Positions 16,345-29,174 of a DNA stretch of 64,000 nt are shown here, piece by piece. A program made the translations under genes and the position numbers. Positions within the stretch are counted from its first letter, which is position 1, and each line of letters starts with the position of its first letter. The stretch comes from the human T2T-CHM13v2.0 reference genome, Homo sapiens, in assembly GCF_009914755.1 (NCBI RefSeq), contig NC_060927.1; one strand, written 5' to 3'. The notes beneath the pieces were generated by a model, which saw nothing but the letters and a program-made list of their open reading frames with translations, was not told where the DNA came from and did no database searches.

Positions 16345-16972
16345 GGATAATCTGCTCTCCTGCCTTTGCACTTGACCCTGTGGAATCCATTTTTCATACA
16401 GATGCCAGAGAGCTTCTTTAGAAATGAAAGAGAGACCAGGTCACACCTTCTCTAACCCTCATATTGATTACCGATTCATTCAGAGTTAAAGCACAAGTCT
16501 TCACAATAAACTTATCAGTGCCTTGTATTTTCTGTAGCCCCAGCTTCATCTCCCACCACTGTATCCTCACTGGCTTTTTCCTAGCTTCCCTGGTTTCTGC
16601 TGTGTTCCTTTGAATTGTAAATGTGCTCCCCCCTTCAGGAGGCTTTGCATGGTTTATTCCCTCACTTCTATCAGGTCTCTCTCACAAGTTGTCTTACCTG
16701 TGAGGCTTTCCAGACTGCACTGTTAAACTTGAAATATCAACCAACTGTCCCATGCTGCCCTTCTCCCTTCTCATACTTTATTTTCTCTCCTGACATTCAT
16801 CACCATCTGACATATTGCTTATTTCTTCTTTTGTTTGTTTCCTCCCACTAGAATCCAAGGACCATGAGGCAGACCCTTTGTGTCATTTGTTCTTTGCTAG
16901 AATTAGATGCCTAAACTATGCACTGGAATATTAGAAATACTCAATATTATATACTGAATAACTTAATGAATT
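16345..16972 (+). mobile_element. L2a LINE 3' end
   Basis: AATCCATTTTTCATACAGATGCCAGAG...CCCACTAGAATCCAAGGACCATGAGGCAG...ACTCAATATTATATACTGAAT. Confidence 0.8.
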
Positions 16973-17069
16973 ATCTCTCACACTGTGCATAATCTCATCA
17001 ATATTTTATTCTTTTGAGTTGTTTAATTGTTAATTGTGTTGCAATAGTGCAGGCATACATTGTGTTTCA

Positions 17070-17180
17070 TCATTCCATTATGCAAATAAATCTCACAGAG
17101 GTTACATCACTTGCCCAACGTCATATATCTTGCAATATACAAAACAAAAAATCATCCTAGATTTGATTTTTAGAGTTTTC
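17070..17180 (-). mobile_element. MIR fragment
   Basis: CACAGAGGTTACATCACTTGCCCAACGTCATA, antisense MIR core. Confidence 0.6.
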
Positions 17181-18059
17181 TCACCAATGTTCTTATTTAG
17201 AAAAAAAAATGTGTGTGTGTTTGTGTGTGTGTGTGTATTAGCACACAGTGTAAAGATGTAAATAGAGATTGGCTAAAAAGGGAACACAGTTTTTCTGGAT
17301 CACCACATTGTCTTTGTGAATACAATGGCACATTTCACTTATTTAGCACTTTTACTGTAAGATCTATAATAAAGAATAGCATTTTGTACTTACTCAATTT
17401 TAATAAAATTTGACTTGACCTCATTTTCAAAAGAAGAGTGGAAATGGCCAGCAATATACTAATAAATTATATTACAAAACACTGTTATTGTTTACAGAAT
17501 TCTCTTTTTTATACAAGAGAAAAACATTTCTCACTTTGGGGAAAATTACACATCATATTTCAAAATGAGAAAAGTAGACTATGAAAACAGATGTCTTTCA
17601 CATTCACTTAGAAGAGAAAATATTCTAAGTAGATAACTCTCAGATAAATACAATACTACTTTAAGCTGGCTATACAGAAAGAAGAGAATTATTTCATAAA
17701 ATGACACAACATTAATTACTTTAAAAGGCTGCAAAACGAAATGATGAAATCACAATGTTAAAAACCCATTCGTGATTGTGATATCAATGAGGATACTAAG
17801 AATTCCCAAGACCTACAGGGTCATTTGGGAGTAGAGCAAAATAAGTGTACTTCAAATTTGTAAAACTTTCTGCTCTAATGCAATACAATGCTCTTTTGTT
17901 TTTTTGCAACTCATTTAATTTTATTTAAACTACTTAGATTCCGATTTATGAAACTCTTACAAGACTGAGATTTTCTGACTCTTAATATATCGCTTGGATA
18001 ACTAATGGATAATTTAAATTTAACCTGGCCAGAACTTAAACAACGACAACAACAACAAC

Positions 18060-18610
18060 ACGTCACTTTCCTATTCAAATTCCTGAATATATTTGCTCTT
18101 ATTTCCCTACCTGAATCCAATCTTCTGAACATTTCTGAACTAATGACTCCCTTCTTATGCCCTTGCCCACTCCTCTTTCATCTATCTCTATTCTTCCTTC
18201 TGTTTCTCAAAGATGCTAAGTTAAAAGCTTTTGTTTTTTGTCTTTGATTTTTGTTTTTCGTCTTTGATTTTTGTTTTTCTTAGAATTCTTTTTTCCCATT
18301 TTTTCTGTTTTATTTTAATTTTTTATATTTTTCTTCAATTTTATTTCTTACTTGATTTCATTTCTGGCCCAATGCCATCTCCTAAAAGAGGTTTTCTTTA
18401 ATCTTAGAACAGTTCAAATCTTCCCACTGCTGTTGTTATTCTCTATCCACTTTTCCTGATTTACTTTCTTTTGTCTCTGTATATTTTAACGTATATGCTA
18501 TACTGTCTTTATTTCCTTATGTGTTGTCAATCACTTGCAAAAATGTAAGATCTTGTAGCAAGGTCATGCCTTTACTACCTAGGAGAGTTTCTAGCTCAAG
18601 TATTAGGGAT
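18060..18610 (+). mobile_element. Degenerate L2 fragment
   Basis: CACGTCACTTTCCTATTCAAATTCCT, AATGCCATCTCCTAAAAGAGGTTTTCTT, AATGTAAGATCTTG. Confidence 0.5.
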
Positions 18611-19776
18611 GTATTATACGGCTGTTGGCTATATGACTAAAGTAATAGGTTGGAAATTGTATATAAATTCATACTTTGCATGTTCAAGGCATATATGGAC
18701 AAGAATTAATTTAGAAGGAAGCTATTTCAAAGTAAAAGGAGGTAAAGTTAAACTAATAAAGTATAAAGTAAAAGAATTATTTAAACATTTGATAGGAAGT
18801 GGTATAGAATTAAGCCTTACTTCCCTTCCCACAATGGTTGCTGACTTGGAGTACTACTCTACAGAATACTTGCACAGATGTTTGAGTTCCATGCTAAAAA
18901 ATGTGTCATAATAATTAACTACTGTGGAAATCTTTGACTATGAAGCTTTCTAAAATGTCTTACTATTTACTTACTTAGTCAAAATGGAACACCTTCACTT
19001 GACAACACTACACTTATTTTTGTTTCAAATGATCACATTTGTGACCCTCCTCTTTCCACCATTCAGATAATACTACCATACCTAGATAAAATGTCTTCAG
19101 TAAGAAAAACATTAACTAGAAAACAATAAAATATATAAGGAGGAACGAAGCTGAAATAATTATCTTATTCAAACAAAATATTTTCCAGATCATTAGTCTC
19201 AAGAATTTTATTTTTATTTTATTGATTTTATTAGGTTTTACAGGCAAATTCTTTCTGTTATATCCATCTCACTCAATTACAGCAAGTTAATTTATGCTAA
19301 ATGGCTCTTTAAGAAATTTTTGTCTGGAGAAGAAAGCAAGATGATCTTTTACCTACAACTCATGACATTTTTTCTTGGGTGGCAGAACTAGGTAGAAATA
19401 TACACTTAGATAAATGTAACAAAGTAGAATGATAAACTTATATTTACTTTAAATTTTCAGTATCTACTTTTTGTGCTCCTTTGAAAACTCAATCACGTCT
19501 AAGATGAGTCTATTGTTATTTTAGTCACTATATTAATAAAAATAATAAGACTAACCTTTTGCAGTTATTAAGCAAACTTATCTTGTGTTGAAATGTGTTT
19601 TAAAAAGTTTCAATATATAATGGATTATAATTGTTGAATGCAGATGAATACATGTATTTATGAAATTATCAAAAAAAGTAGAAAACTTTCATATTGTCAT
19701 AAGCCTATATGAATAAGTAACAAATATAAAGGTGTTTTAAGAAGCAAGTATTACTTTTTAATTTTAATCATATACA

Positions 19777-19832
19777 TATATGATTCAATCATATATGATC
19801 ATCTATTTGATCATATATGATAGAATCATATA
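19777..19832. repeat. Near-perfect inverted repeat (25-bp arms, 6-nt loop)
   Basis: TATATGATTCAATCATATATGATCA / TCTATT / TGATCATATATGATAGAATCATATA; 24/25 positions pair. Confidence 0.95.
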
Positions 19833-20339
19833 GAGACAAGAAGGAGATTTTGTTAGGTGCTTGTATGCATAGAACAGTCATAAATTGTAAATTATTCACT
19901 TTAATATATAGCAATGTTATTAGTAGCGTTATTAGTAGCGTAAGGTTTAATCTAAATGTTATTAGTAGCATAAGAGTAATCAATGTTATTAGTAGCATAA
20001 AGTTTAAAGATGATACACTATTCATAGAGGGGGAAAATAACAAAAATAAATCAAGAAAAAATTTTGGTGCTGAAGTCCTATAGATTTTTTGCTAAATAAT
20101 ATTTTTTAGAAATTAAAAGGCATTAACTTTTTTTGCAGAGAACTATTGAAATGTTATTTTAATATCAAATGCAAGCTTTAAAAAAATCCCATTTAAATGT
20201 AGAACAAATCTTTGTTAAGGACAGGGTTTAATATGCTGTGAGAACTCTCCATTAAAGCTCTTCTGACCCTTTTTGATTTGAATTTTTTTTTACTTTTGTC
20301 TCTTGTCATATCTAGGATAGAAAATGTTCTGAATATATA

Positions 20340-20710
20340 GGTGGGCTGCATGCTGATGACATAATTGGGAAGTTTTAATTGCTAATTTGAAACAAAAAGC
20401 TTGTATAAAGCTCCAATGATCATTTAAAGCCATTAGAAACCTCCCTGGAAAATGTAGATCTTTCTGAATTTAACATACTGGTTCTAAACCATAATCAAAA
20501 GGCTAGGAGACCATGACACATGCAATGGCCTCTTTGTTTTATAATTAGTGATTTATGTGTCACATTTTTGAATAATTAGTACTTTAATATTTCTTTTAAA
20601 AATTATTCACATTATGGGAACATTAGCAATTGAATTGGAATCCATATGCTGATTACCACGCAATGGGTTGCCTCTGAAATCTTATTTGCATTCTTAGTTT
20701 AAAGGTCATG
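20340..20710. promoter_or_regulatory. Candidate developmental enhancer (non-repeat, motif-dense)
   Basis: CTTTGT 20532-20537, TAATTA 20542-20547, TGATTTAT 20549-20556, TGTCA 20558-20562, octamer ATTTGCAT 20684-20691; motif evidence only. Confidence 0.3.
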
Positions 20711-21700
20711 AAAAAAAGACGGAAGAAAAAGAAGAATTCCTTTTTTTAGTCTATGTTAAAGTTTATTTGAGATCAGATAATTTGAGAGATAAAACTTAAA
20801 TCAGATATTAGAGAACTCGGCTCTGAAAGTTGGAGGACAGACACGGTGTTATTGCCTCTATTGTTTTACAAGAATAAATTTTTGAAGTTACAGCAGCCTG
20901 CCTTTCAAAAGAAATTATTTTATTTTTTTCTTTACTGGTAAACTTGATATATTTTTGTTTTTGTTCTTAAACTCAATTATGAGAAGTTATCAACTATAGA
21001 TAGTGTTCAAAATAAATAAATTTGGTTTCTTTAAAATAATCTGTCAAATGAAATCCCCCCTTTCCATATTTTCCACAATATACTCTAATAAATCATATTT
21101 TACAGATACTCCTAAGAAAGCATAAATGTTCTACCATATGCCATTTTGAGTTACCCATCATATCACACTAGCAGTAATATGAAGCTACTAAGTAAACCAG
21201 ATATTGAACCTGAAATTTTTGACAGAGTAAATACAGGGTTGTCATCTTAAATATGTGGCACTCAGGGCTCAGCAAAGTATTCAGGCTATGGAAACCACAC
21301 ACAGTCACACAAATAGCCAAAGTCCCACAACTCTAGATGAGAGTTCTATTGATTTTTTAGTTAACAACACTGGACATTTCATCCTGCATTTTCTTCCTAG
21401 GTAGGATTAATACCCTCTTCTACTGTGATCAATACCTCTTTTGTTGAGTAAATGACATTCATTCTCTTTAATAGTTATGAGATAGTAAAAATAAACTAGT
21501 ATATACTCAAACACCCTAACCTAAGGGGAAAAAGAGATGATTATGATAGAGGACACACATAGATATTGATAATTATTGCTGTACCTGAGATCTTGTTGGG
21601 AAGATTTAAAATGCATAATGCATATAAGCCTAAGCATTTTTCTATCATCTATCCACTTTTGACTCCCTTACCTCTTTAGTCATATTCTTGACATAGAATG

Positions 21701-22036
21701 TGTCAGGACTCTGAGCCCAAGCTAAGCCATCATATCCCATGTGACCTGCATGTACACATCCAGGTGGCCGGTTCCTGCCTTAACTGATGACATTACCTTG
21801 TGAAATTCCTTCTTCTGGCTCATCCTGGCTCAAAAGCTCCCCCACTGAGTACCTTGTGACCCCGCCCCTGCCCGCCAGAACAAACCCCTTTGACTGTCGT
21901 TTTCCTTTACCTACCCAAATCCTGTAAAACGAGACTCTCTTTTCAGACTCAGCCCGCCTGCACCCAGGTGAAATTAACAGCCTTGTTGCTCACACAAAGC
22001 CTGTTTTGTAGTCTCTTCACACGGACTTGAGTAAAA
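21701..22036 (+). mobile_element. Solo LTR7 (HERV-H LTR) with perfect 5-bp TSD GAATG
   Basis: TGTCAGGACTCTGAGCCCAAGCTAAGCCATCATATCCC...GCTCACACAAAGCCTGTTT...CTCTTCACACGGAC; GAATG at 21696-21700 and 22037-22041. Confidence 0.95.
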
Positions 22037-22041
22037 GAATG

Positions 22042-22200
22042 CTTTCCTACTTTAAGACCAGTTTTGCATAGGTCTCTCCCCTGCTCACACATGAGCTCCC
22101 TAGTTGAACAGGTAATGTCATTTGTTTCAGTAGTTCCAGTTCCAATCCCACAATCTGTCACTTACTAAGTACTTCGGTGGATTTGTTGGATGAATTATCA
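22042..22200 (+). mobile_element. L2 3' terminus
   Basis: ATGAGCTCCCTAG...CACTTACTAAGTACTTCGGTGGATTTGTTGGATGAAT. Confidence 0.55.
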
Positions 22201-22483
22201 AAATAATGAATGTCATAGATGTTTTCTTTTCCTTCTACCTCTTTTCTTTATCTTAGAAAATGTCACACATCAATTCTTTATAACAGCGATCAGAATGGGA
22301 GCATCTGTGAGGTACAGCTATTCAAGTTATAGATAATTGGTTAGAAGATTTTATCAGATACATAAAAACTTAAATATTTATGTATGAATGATTTACAGAG
22401 AAAATATTGTAAGCTATCCACTGGTATTTTTCTATAACAGGAGGCTCTTTCCCCCTGTAGCCACTAATATATCAGTTACTTGA

Positions 22484-22771
<288 letters not shown>

Positions 22772-23029
22772 TGATTTTTTAAAGATTATATCTTTTCTGA
22801 TTGGTTCATGCACATGCTCTTCTGCAGCAGATCCAGGTATGCTTCTCATTATTAGGTGTGATGCACAAAATTATTCTGAACAAATTTATTGTTAATAAGA
22901 AAAAAGACCATTAACAATTGCAATCTGATTTTAAAATAATGCAATTAAATCCAAAGTTTACTGTAGGATTACATAAAAAATGTGCCATTTCATCTTTTCA
23001 TTTGTGCCAATATTATAAGTTGATTATGT

Positions 23030-23830
23030 TTAACTGTGAAATGAAGAAAATGTAGATCAAGTAAATACAGGTTAGGAGTCCTGAGTAGAGAAGAGTTTGC
23101 ATATAACAGGATGATATGTATCAGACTCCTTGAGAAGGTGAGATGTACATAAAGATTTGAAGGAGGTAAGGGAGTTAACCAATGAGTTATATGAGAGAAG
23201 AACATCTCAGCAGAGAGAACAGATAGAATAAAATTTCTGACAGGGGATATGCGCTGGCATGGTCAAGGAACAGGAAGAGGAAGAAGGTCAGGGTGTAGGA
23301 AGATAAAAATTAAGAGAGGAAGAATGTCTAAATCATGTTGGGCTTGCAGAACTTTGCAAAGACTTTGACTATTACTATGAATCAAATCAATAGAGGATTT
23401 GGGGTAAAGAAGCTATAGACCCTGCTCCAATTTATTAGATTTTTCTGTATGTCTTCTTTGTCTTAAGGAGAGCAAGGATAGCTGCAGAGAATACTGTTTG
23501 GTGTTTATTCCCCAAATCAAAGCTAGAGGTGATGCTGCTTGGGCCAGGATGGTAGCAGTGGAGGTGATGTGAATTGGTTGTATTCTAGATATATTTTAAA
23601 ACTACAGTTAGCAGAATTTCTCAGTAGACAAAATATGGAGTGTAAATGAAGCAGATGTTATAAGAATAGCTTTAAGCTTTCCAAATTGTGGAACTGGAAG
23701 TATGAAATTACATATAAGTGAACTTACAAAGGAATGCTTTGAATGCAGGAGGTTTTTGTTGTTTGTTGTTTTTTGGTTGGGAGGAAGGGGAAGATCAGAA
23801 ATTCAGTTTGACATCTGATATAATGTTAGA
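23030..23830 (-). mobile_element. L2a LINE
   Basis: GAGAAGGTGAGATGTACATAAAGATTTGAAGGAGGTAAGGGAGT, GGTAGCAGTGGAGGTGATG, TATTCTAGATATATTTT. Confidence 0.8.
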
Positions 23831-25180
23831 TATAGAAAATAATAGCATTTTGTTTGCAAAATTAAAGAATAATCCAGAGAGAAAATACAAAAAAGAGAAG
23901 AAAATAAACTTCCCTATATTTCTATTACCCAGGCATTAGAGTGGAGAGTATATAATGAGTGACAGAAAGTGTTCTCTGGTGTATCACCAATGGTTTTGCA
24001 GGTTTAAAAGTATATCAGGTAGGAGGAGTGACATCAGCCAAGATGGCAAATTGGGAAGTCTCAGCACACATTTCCCCATAAGGACACTGAGTTAACAATC
24101 ATATAGAGACAAAAACATCTTATGAAGACTCCAGAAACCAGTTAAAAGACTGTAGCACCACAGGCAAGCCCAAAAGCTGAGAACAGCCACATTGAAATGG
24201 GTAAGAAAAGTCTTTTCCCTTTATTGATTATTGCCCCTTTCCCAAGCCAGCACCGCTCAGCTCAGCAAACAGCTCTTCCCTCAGAAAAAACAAAGAGTGA
24301 AATGTGTATCCAATGTCCCCGCATTTAGAAAGGCAACCCAAAGAACTGTTGTCTGTCTCAGCTGTCTCAGAATGGTAATAAAACCTACATAGTTTGGATG
24401 CCCAGGAGATGCTAAAGCAAGGGAGAGCAGTTGTAGGGAAGCCTGCAGTTCCACAGAAGGAAGCCAACATGGCTTGTTATGATTGGGGGAAATCTCAAGA
24501 CTCTTGGGTTCTCTCACAGGAGGGAGGGAGAAGAGTGGAACATGCATTTGATGTTCCAGTACTTTAGAGAGCTGCTCAAGGAACTGATATGTCTCACCTG
24601 ATTTGTGCACTGATAAGATTCTAGCATAATTTGGAAACCTGTAGGGCTCTGAAAACAAAGGAGAGCAGGGTAGCTTGGAACCATAGCACCAGAGGAATTA
24701 AAGTCTTGCAGACAGATACCAGATGGAATAAGAGATTATGAGCCCTTGAAAAAGATTCTCTCTGTAAGCAGAAAATTACAGGCACAAGCTCAGAGAAGGC
24801 ACATCGCTCAAAAAAGTTTTCAGAACTCCCCAGAATCTCTAGCCAAATAATTGTTGAAGGTTTTATACTGTATGACGCCAATCCATAAAGACTGGGAGAT
24901 ATGGCTGTTATCTTCAAATGCATAAAATACAGCAAAAACAAAAATCACAAGGCAAAAACAAAAACAAAATCCAACCAACCAACTAACACATAAAAACCAG
25001 AGGAACCTGATCACACAGGCAAAAAGCAAAACTCCAAAACCAATTCCAGAGAAATAGATTACCTGACAAAGCATTTAAAATGATGTCTCAGTGATCTAAA
25101 AGAGAATACAGATAGAAAACTACACGATATCAGAGAACAAAGGCACAAATAAAAATGAATATCAATAAGGAGATAGAAAC

Positions 25181-25536
25181 TGTCTTAATTTATGTGGGCC
25201 TCTATAACAAAATACCATTGACTAGGTATCTTATAAACAACAGAAATTTATTTCTCATAACTCTGGAGGCTGGAAATTCCAAGATCAAGGCATCAGTGGT
25301 GTCTGGTGAGGGCTCACTTCCTTAGAGCTGATGCCCTCTAGCTGTGTTCTCACACGGAGAAAGGGGATAGCTAGCTCTCTATAGTCTCTTTTATAGAGGC
25401 AATGATTCCAATGACAAGGATTTTACCTTCATGGTATAATCACCTCCCAAACCACCCCCACCTCCAATGCCATCACACTGGGGTTAGGACTTCAATATAC
25501 AAATTTTGAGGATATACAAACATTCAGATGATACTA
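25181..25536 (-). mobile_element. MLT1A/A0 solo LTR with TSD GAAAC
   Basis: AACAACAGAAATTTATTTCTCATAACTCTGGAGGCTGGAAATTCCAAGATCAAGG; GAAAC at 25176-25180 and 25537-25541. Confidence 0.9.
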
Positions 25537-26301
25537 GAAACTTTAAGTAAAGAACTAAACAAATTCTAAAACCAAAGAATATAATAATCAAATGGAAATT
25601 TTTACTGGAAGAGATCAACAGCAAACTTGATCAAGCAGAAGAAAGAATTAGTGAACTCAAAGGCAGGTAATTTGAAATTATTGAGTCAGAGGTGCAAAAA
25701 CAAAAGAAAATAAAGAAAACTGAAGAAAGCCAAAAGGACTTACGGGACACAAACAAGCCAAGCAATATATGTACTATGGTAATTACAGAAGGAGCAGAGA
25801 GAAATTAACAGAGAGCTTATTTGATGACATAATAGCCAAAACTTTACCAACTCTGAAAAGGGAAATGGACATCAAAATTCAAGAAGCTTGAATAATTGTA
25901 ACTAAGACAAACGCAAACAACCCACACTGAGACACATTATAATCAACCTTTCAAAAGTAAAAAGCAAAGGGAAAATACTGAAAGTAGCAAGAGACAAGCA
26001 ACTTGGTCCATACAAAAAAGGTTCCATAAGATTATAAGCAGATTTCTCAATAAAAACTTTATAGGCCAGAAAGGGCTTATATCATATATTTAAAGTGCTG
26101 AAAGAAAAAAAAAAGTCTACCCTGAATACTGTATCTGACAAAACTGTTATTCAAAAATTAAGTAAAAGTAAGTAAAGTAATTACCAATTGGTAATTACTT
26201 TAAATGTAAATTGATTAAACTCTCAATCAAAAGACTAGAGTAGTTGAGTGGATGAAGAAAAAAAGATCCTACTATATGCTATCTACAAGATACTCACCTT
26301 A

Positions 26302-26613
<312 letters not shown>

Positions 26614-26691
26614 GACACACACCATAGATACAAGACATATATAGACTGAAAGTGAAAGGATGAAAAAGATATTCCATAAAAATGATAACCA

Positions 26692-28948
26692 TACCCTTTG
26701 CCCACTTCTTTATGGAGTTTTTTTTCTTATAAATTTGTTTAAGTTCCTTATAGATACTGCATATTAGAGCTTTGTCAGCTGCATAGATTGCAAAAATGTT
26801 CTCCCATTCTGTAGGTTGTCTATTTACTCTCTTGATAGTTTCTTTGTTATGCAGAAGCTCTTCAGTTTAAGTAGATCCCATTTGTCAATTTTTGGTTTTG
26901 TTGCAATTGTTTTTGGCATCTTTGTCATGAAATTTTTGTCTATTCCTATGTCCAGAATTGTATTACCTATGTTGTCTTCCAGAGTTTTCATAGTTTTGGG
27001 TTTTACATTTAAGTATTTAATCCACCTTGAGTTTATCTTTGTATATGGTGTAAGGAAGGGGTTGAGTTTCAATCTTATGCATATGGCTAGCCAGTTCTCC
27101 CAGCACCATTTATTGACTAAGGAGTCCTTTCCCCATGGCTTGTTTTTGTCAGGTTTGTTGAAGATCAGATAGTTGTAGGTATGTGGCCTTATTTTTGAGT
27201 TCTCTATTCTGTTTTACTGATCGATGTGTCTAGTTTTTTGTTTGTTTGTTTGTTTACCAGTATCATGCTGTTTTCGTTACTGTAGCCCTGCAGTATAATT
27301 TAAAGTTGGGCAGCATTATGTTTCCAGCTTTATTCTTTTTGCTTACGATTGCCTTGGCAATTTGGACAATTTTTGGTTCTATATGAATTTTAAACTGTCT
27401 TTTTTCTTTAGTTCTGTGAAGAATGTCATTGGTAGTTTAATAGAAACAGCATCAAATCTATAAATTGCTTTGAGAATTATGGCCGTTTTAACAATATCGA
27501 TTCTTACTGTCCATGAGCATAAAATGTTTTTCCATTTCTTTGTGTCATTTCTGATTTCTTTGAGCAGTGTTTTGTAGTTATCCATGTATAGATATTTCAC
27601 CTCCCTGTTTAGCTTTATTCGTAGGTATTTTATTTATTTGTGGCAATTGTGAATGAAATTACATTCCCAATTTGCTTTTGGCTTGAGTGTTTGGTGTATA
27701 GGAGTGCTAGTGATTTTGCACCTTGATTTTGTATCCTGAGACTTTGCTGAAGTTGTTTATCAGACAGGAACAGTCACTTTTTGATATGGCTTGGCTGTGT
27801 CCTTACCCAAATCTCATCTTGAATTCCCATGGGTGGTGGGAGGTACATGGTGGGAGGCAATTGAATCATGGGGGCAGGTGTTTCCCATGCTGTTCTTATG
27901 GTAGTGAATAAGTCTCATGAGATCTGATGGTCTTATTAAGAGGAGTTTCCCCACACAAGCTCTCTTCTCTTGTCTGCTGCCATGTGAAACATGAGTTTCA
28001 CCTTCTGCCATGATTGTGAGGCTTCCCCAGCCGTGTGGAACTCTAAGTCCATTAAACCACTTTCTCTCGTAAATTGCCCAGTTTGGGATATGTCTTTATC
28101 AGCAGTGTGAAAACAGACTAATACACTTTTCAAAAGAAGACATATATGCAGCCAACAATCATATAAAAAAGCTCAATGTCAATATCACGGATCATTAGAG
28201 AAATGTAAATCAAAACCACAATGAGATACCATTTCACACCAGTCAGAATGATTATTACTAAAAAGTCAAGAAATAATAGATGCTAGCCAGGTTGTGGAGA
28301 AAAAGGAGCACATACACTTGTTGTGGGAGTATAAATTTGTTCAACTATTGTGGAAGACAGTGAGGCAATTCCTCAAAGACCTAAAAACAGAAATATCATT
28401 TGACCCAGCAATCTTATTACTGGGTATATACCCAAAGGAATATAAATTGCTCTATCATAAAGACACATACATGCATATGCTCATTGCAGCACTATTAGCA
28501 ACAGCAAAGACATGGAATCAATCTAGATGTCAATCAGTTGTAGACTAGATAAAGAAAATGTGGTATATATACACCATGGAATACTATGCAGCCATAAAAA
28601 GAACAATATCATGTCCTTCACGAAACATTGATAGAGCTGAGGGCCATTATCCTTAGCAAACTAATGCAGGAACAGAAAATGAATACTGCGCATTGTCACT
28701 TGTAAGTGGGAGTTAAATGATGAGAACACAGGGACACATAGAGGGGAGCAACACACGCTGGAGTCTATCAGAAGGTGGGAGGTGGGAGAAAGAAGCGGAT
28801 CAGGAAAAAAACAAACTAATGAGTACTAGGTTTAATGCCTAGGGGATAAAATAATCTGTACAACAAACCCCCATGACACACATTTACCTATATAACAAAC
28901 CTGCACACGTACCCTTGAATTTAAAATAGAAGTTAAAATTTAAAAAAA
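26692..28948 (+). mobile_element. 5'-inverted (twin-primed) L1PA13-16-like insertion: 26692-27763 antisense, 27764-28948 sense with 3'UTR and A tail
   Basis: ORF2 peptides on the minus strand ([18 protein letters not shown]) and plus strand (HLLWEYKFVQLLWKTV); TSD AAAAATGATAACCA 26678-26691 / AAAAGTGGTAACCA 28945-28958. Confidence 0.9.
27782..28125 (+). mobile_element. THE1A/B solo LTR with TSD CTTTT
   Basis: TGATATGGCTTGGCTGTGTCC...GAAAACAGACTAATACA; CTTTT at 27777-27781 and 28126-28130. Confidence 0.95.
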
Positions 28949-29143
28949 GTGGTAACCAAAAGGGAACAGGGGTAAGCTATACTTATATCAGAAAAAACAG
29001 ATTTTAAGTAAAAACTATCAAAAGAGACAAAAAGGACATTATATAATGATAAAATGGCCAACTTTATCTATCTATATTTATATACAAAATTGTTAAATCG
29101 GCCTAGTAAGTTGACCATTAGTGTGTATAAATATATATGTAAA

Positions 29144-29147
<4 letters not shown>

Positions 29148-29173
<26 letters not shown>
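29148..29173. repeat. (TG)n microsatellite inside the L1
   Basis: Direct inspection. Confidence 0.95.

Positions 29174-29174
<1 letters not shown>

Noticed and set aside
19916-19996. CRISPR-like repeat-spacer pattern
   Set aside because: Primate DNA, 12-bp repeats, spacers of 0-18 nt that resemble each other, and no cas genes
26816-28548. ORFs with L1 ORF2-like peptides
   Set aside because: Broken pieces of the inverted, truncated L1PA; cannot encode a functional ORF2p
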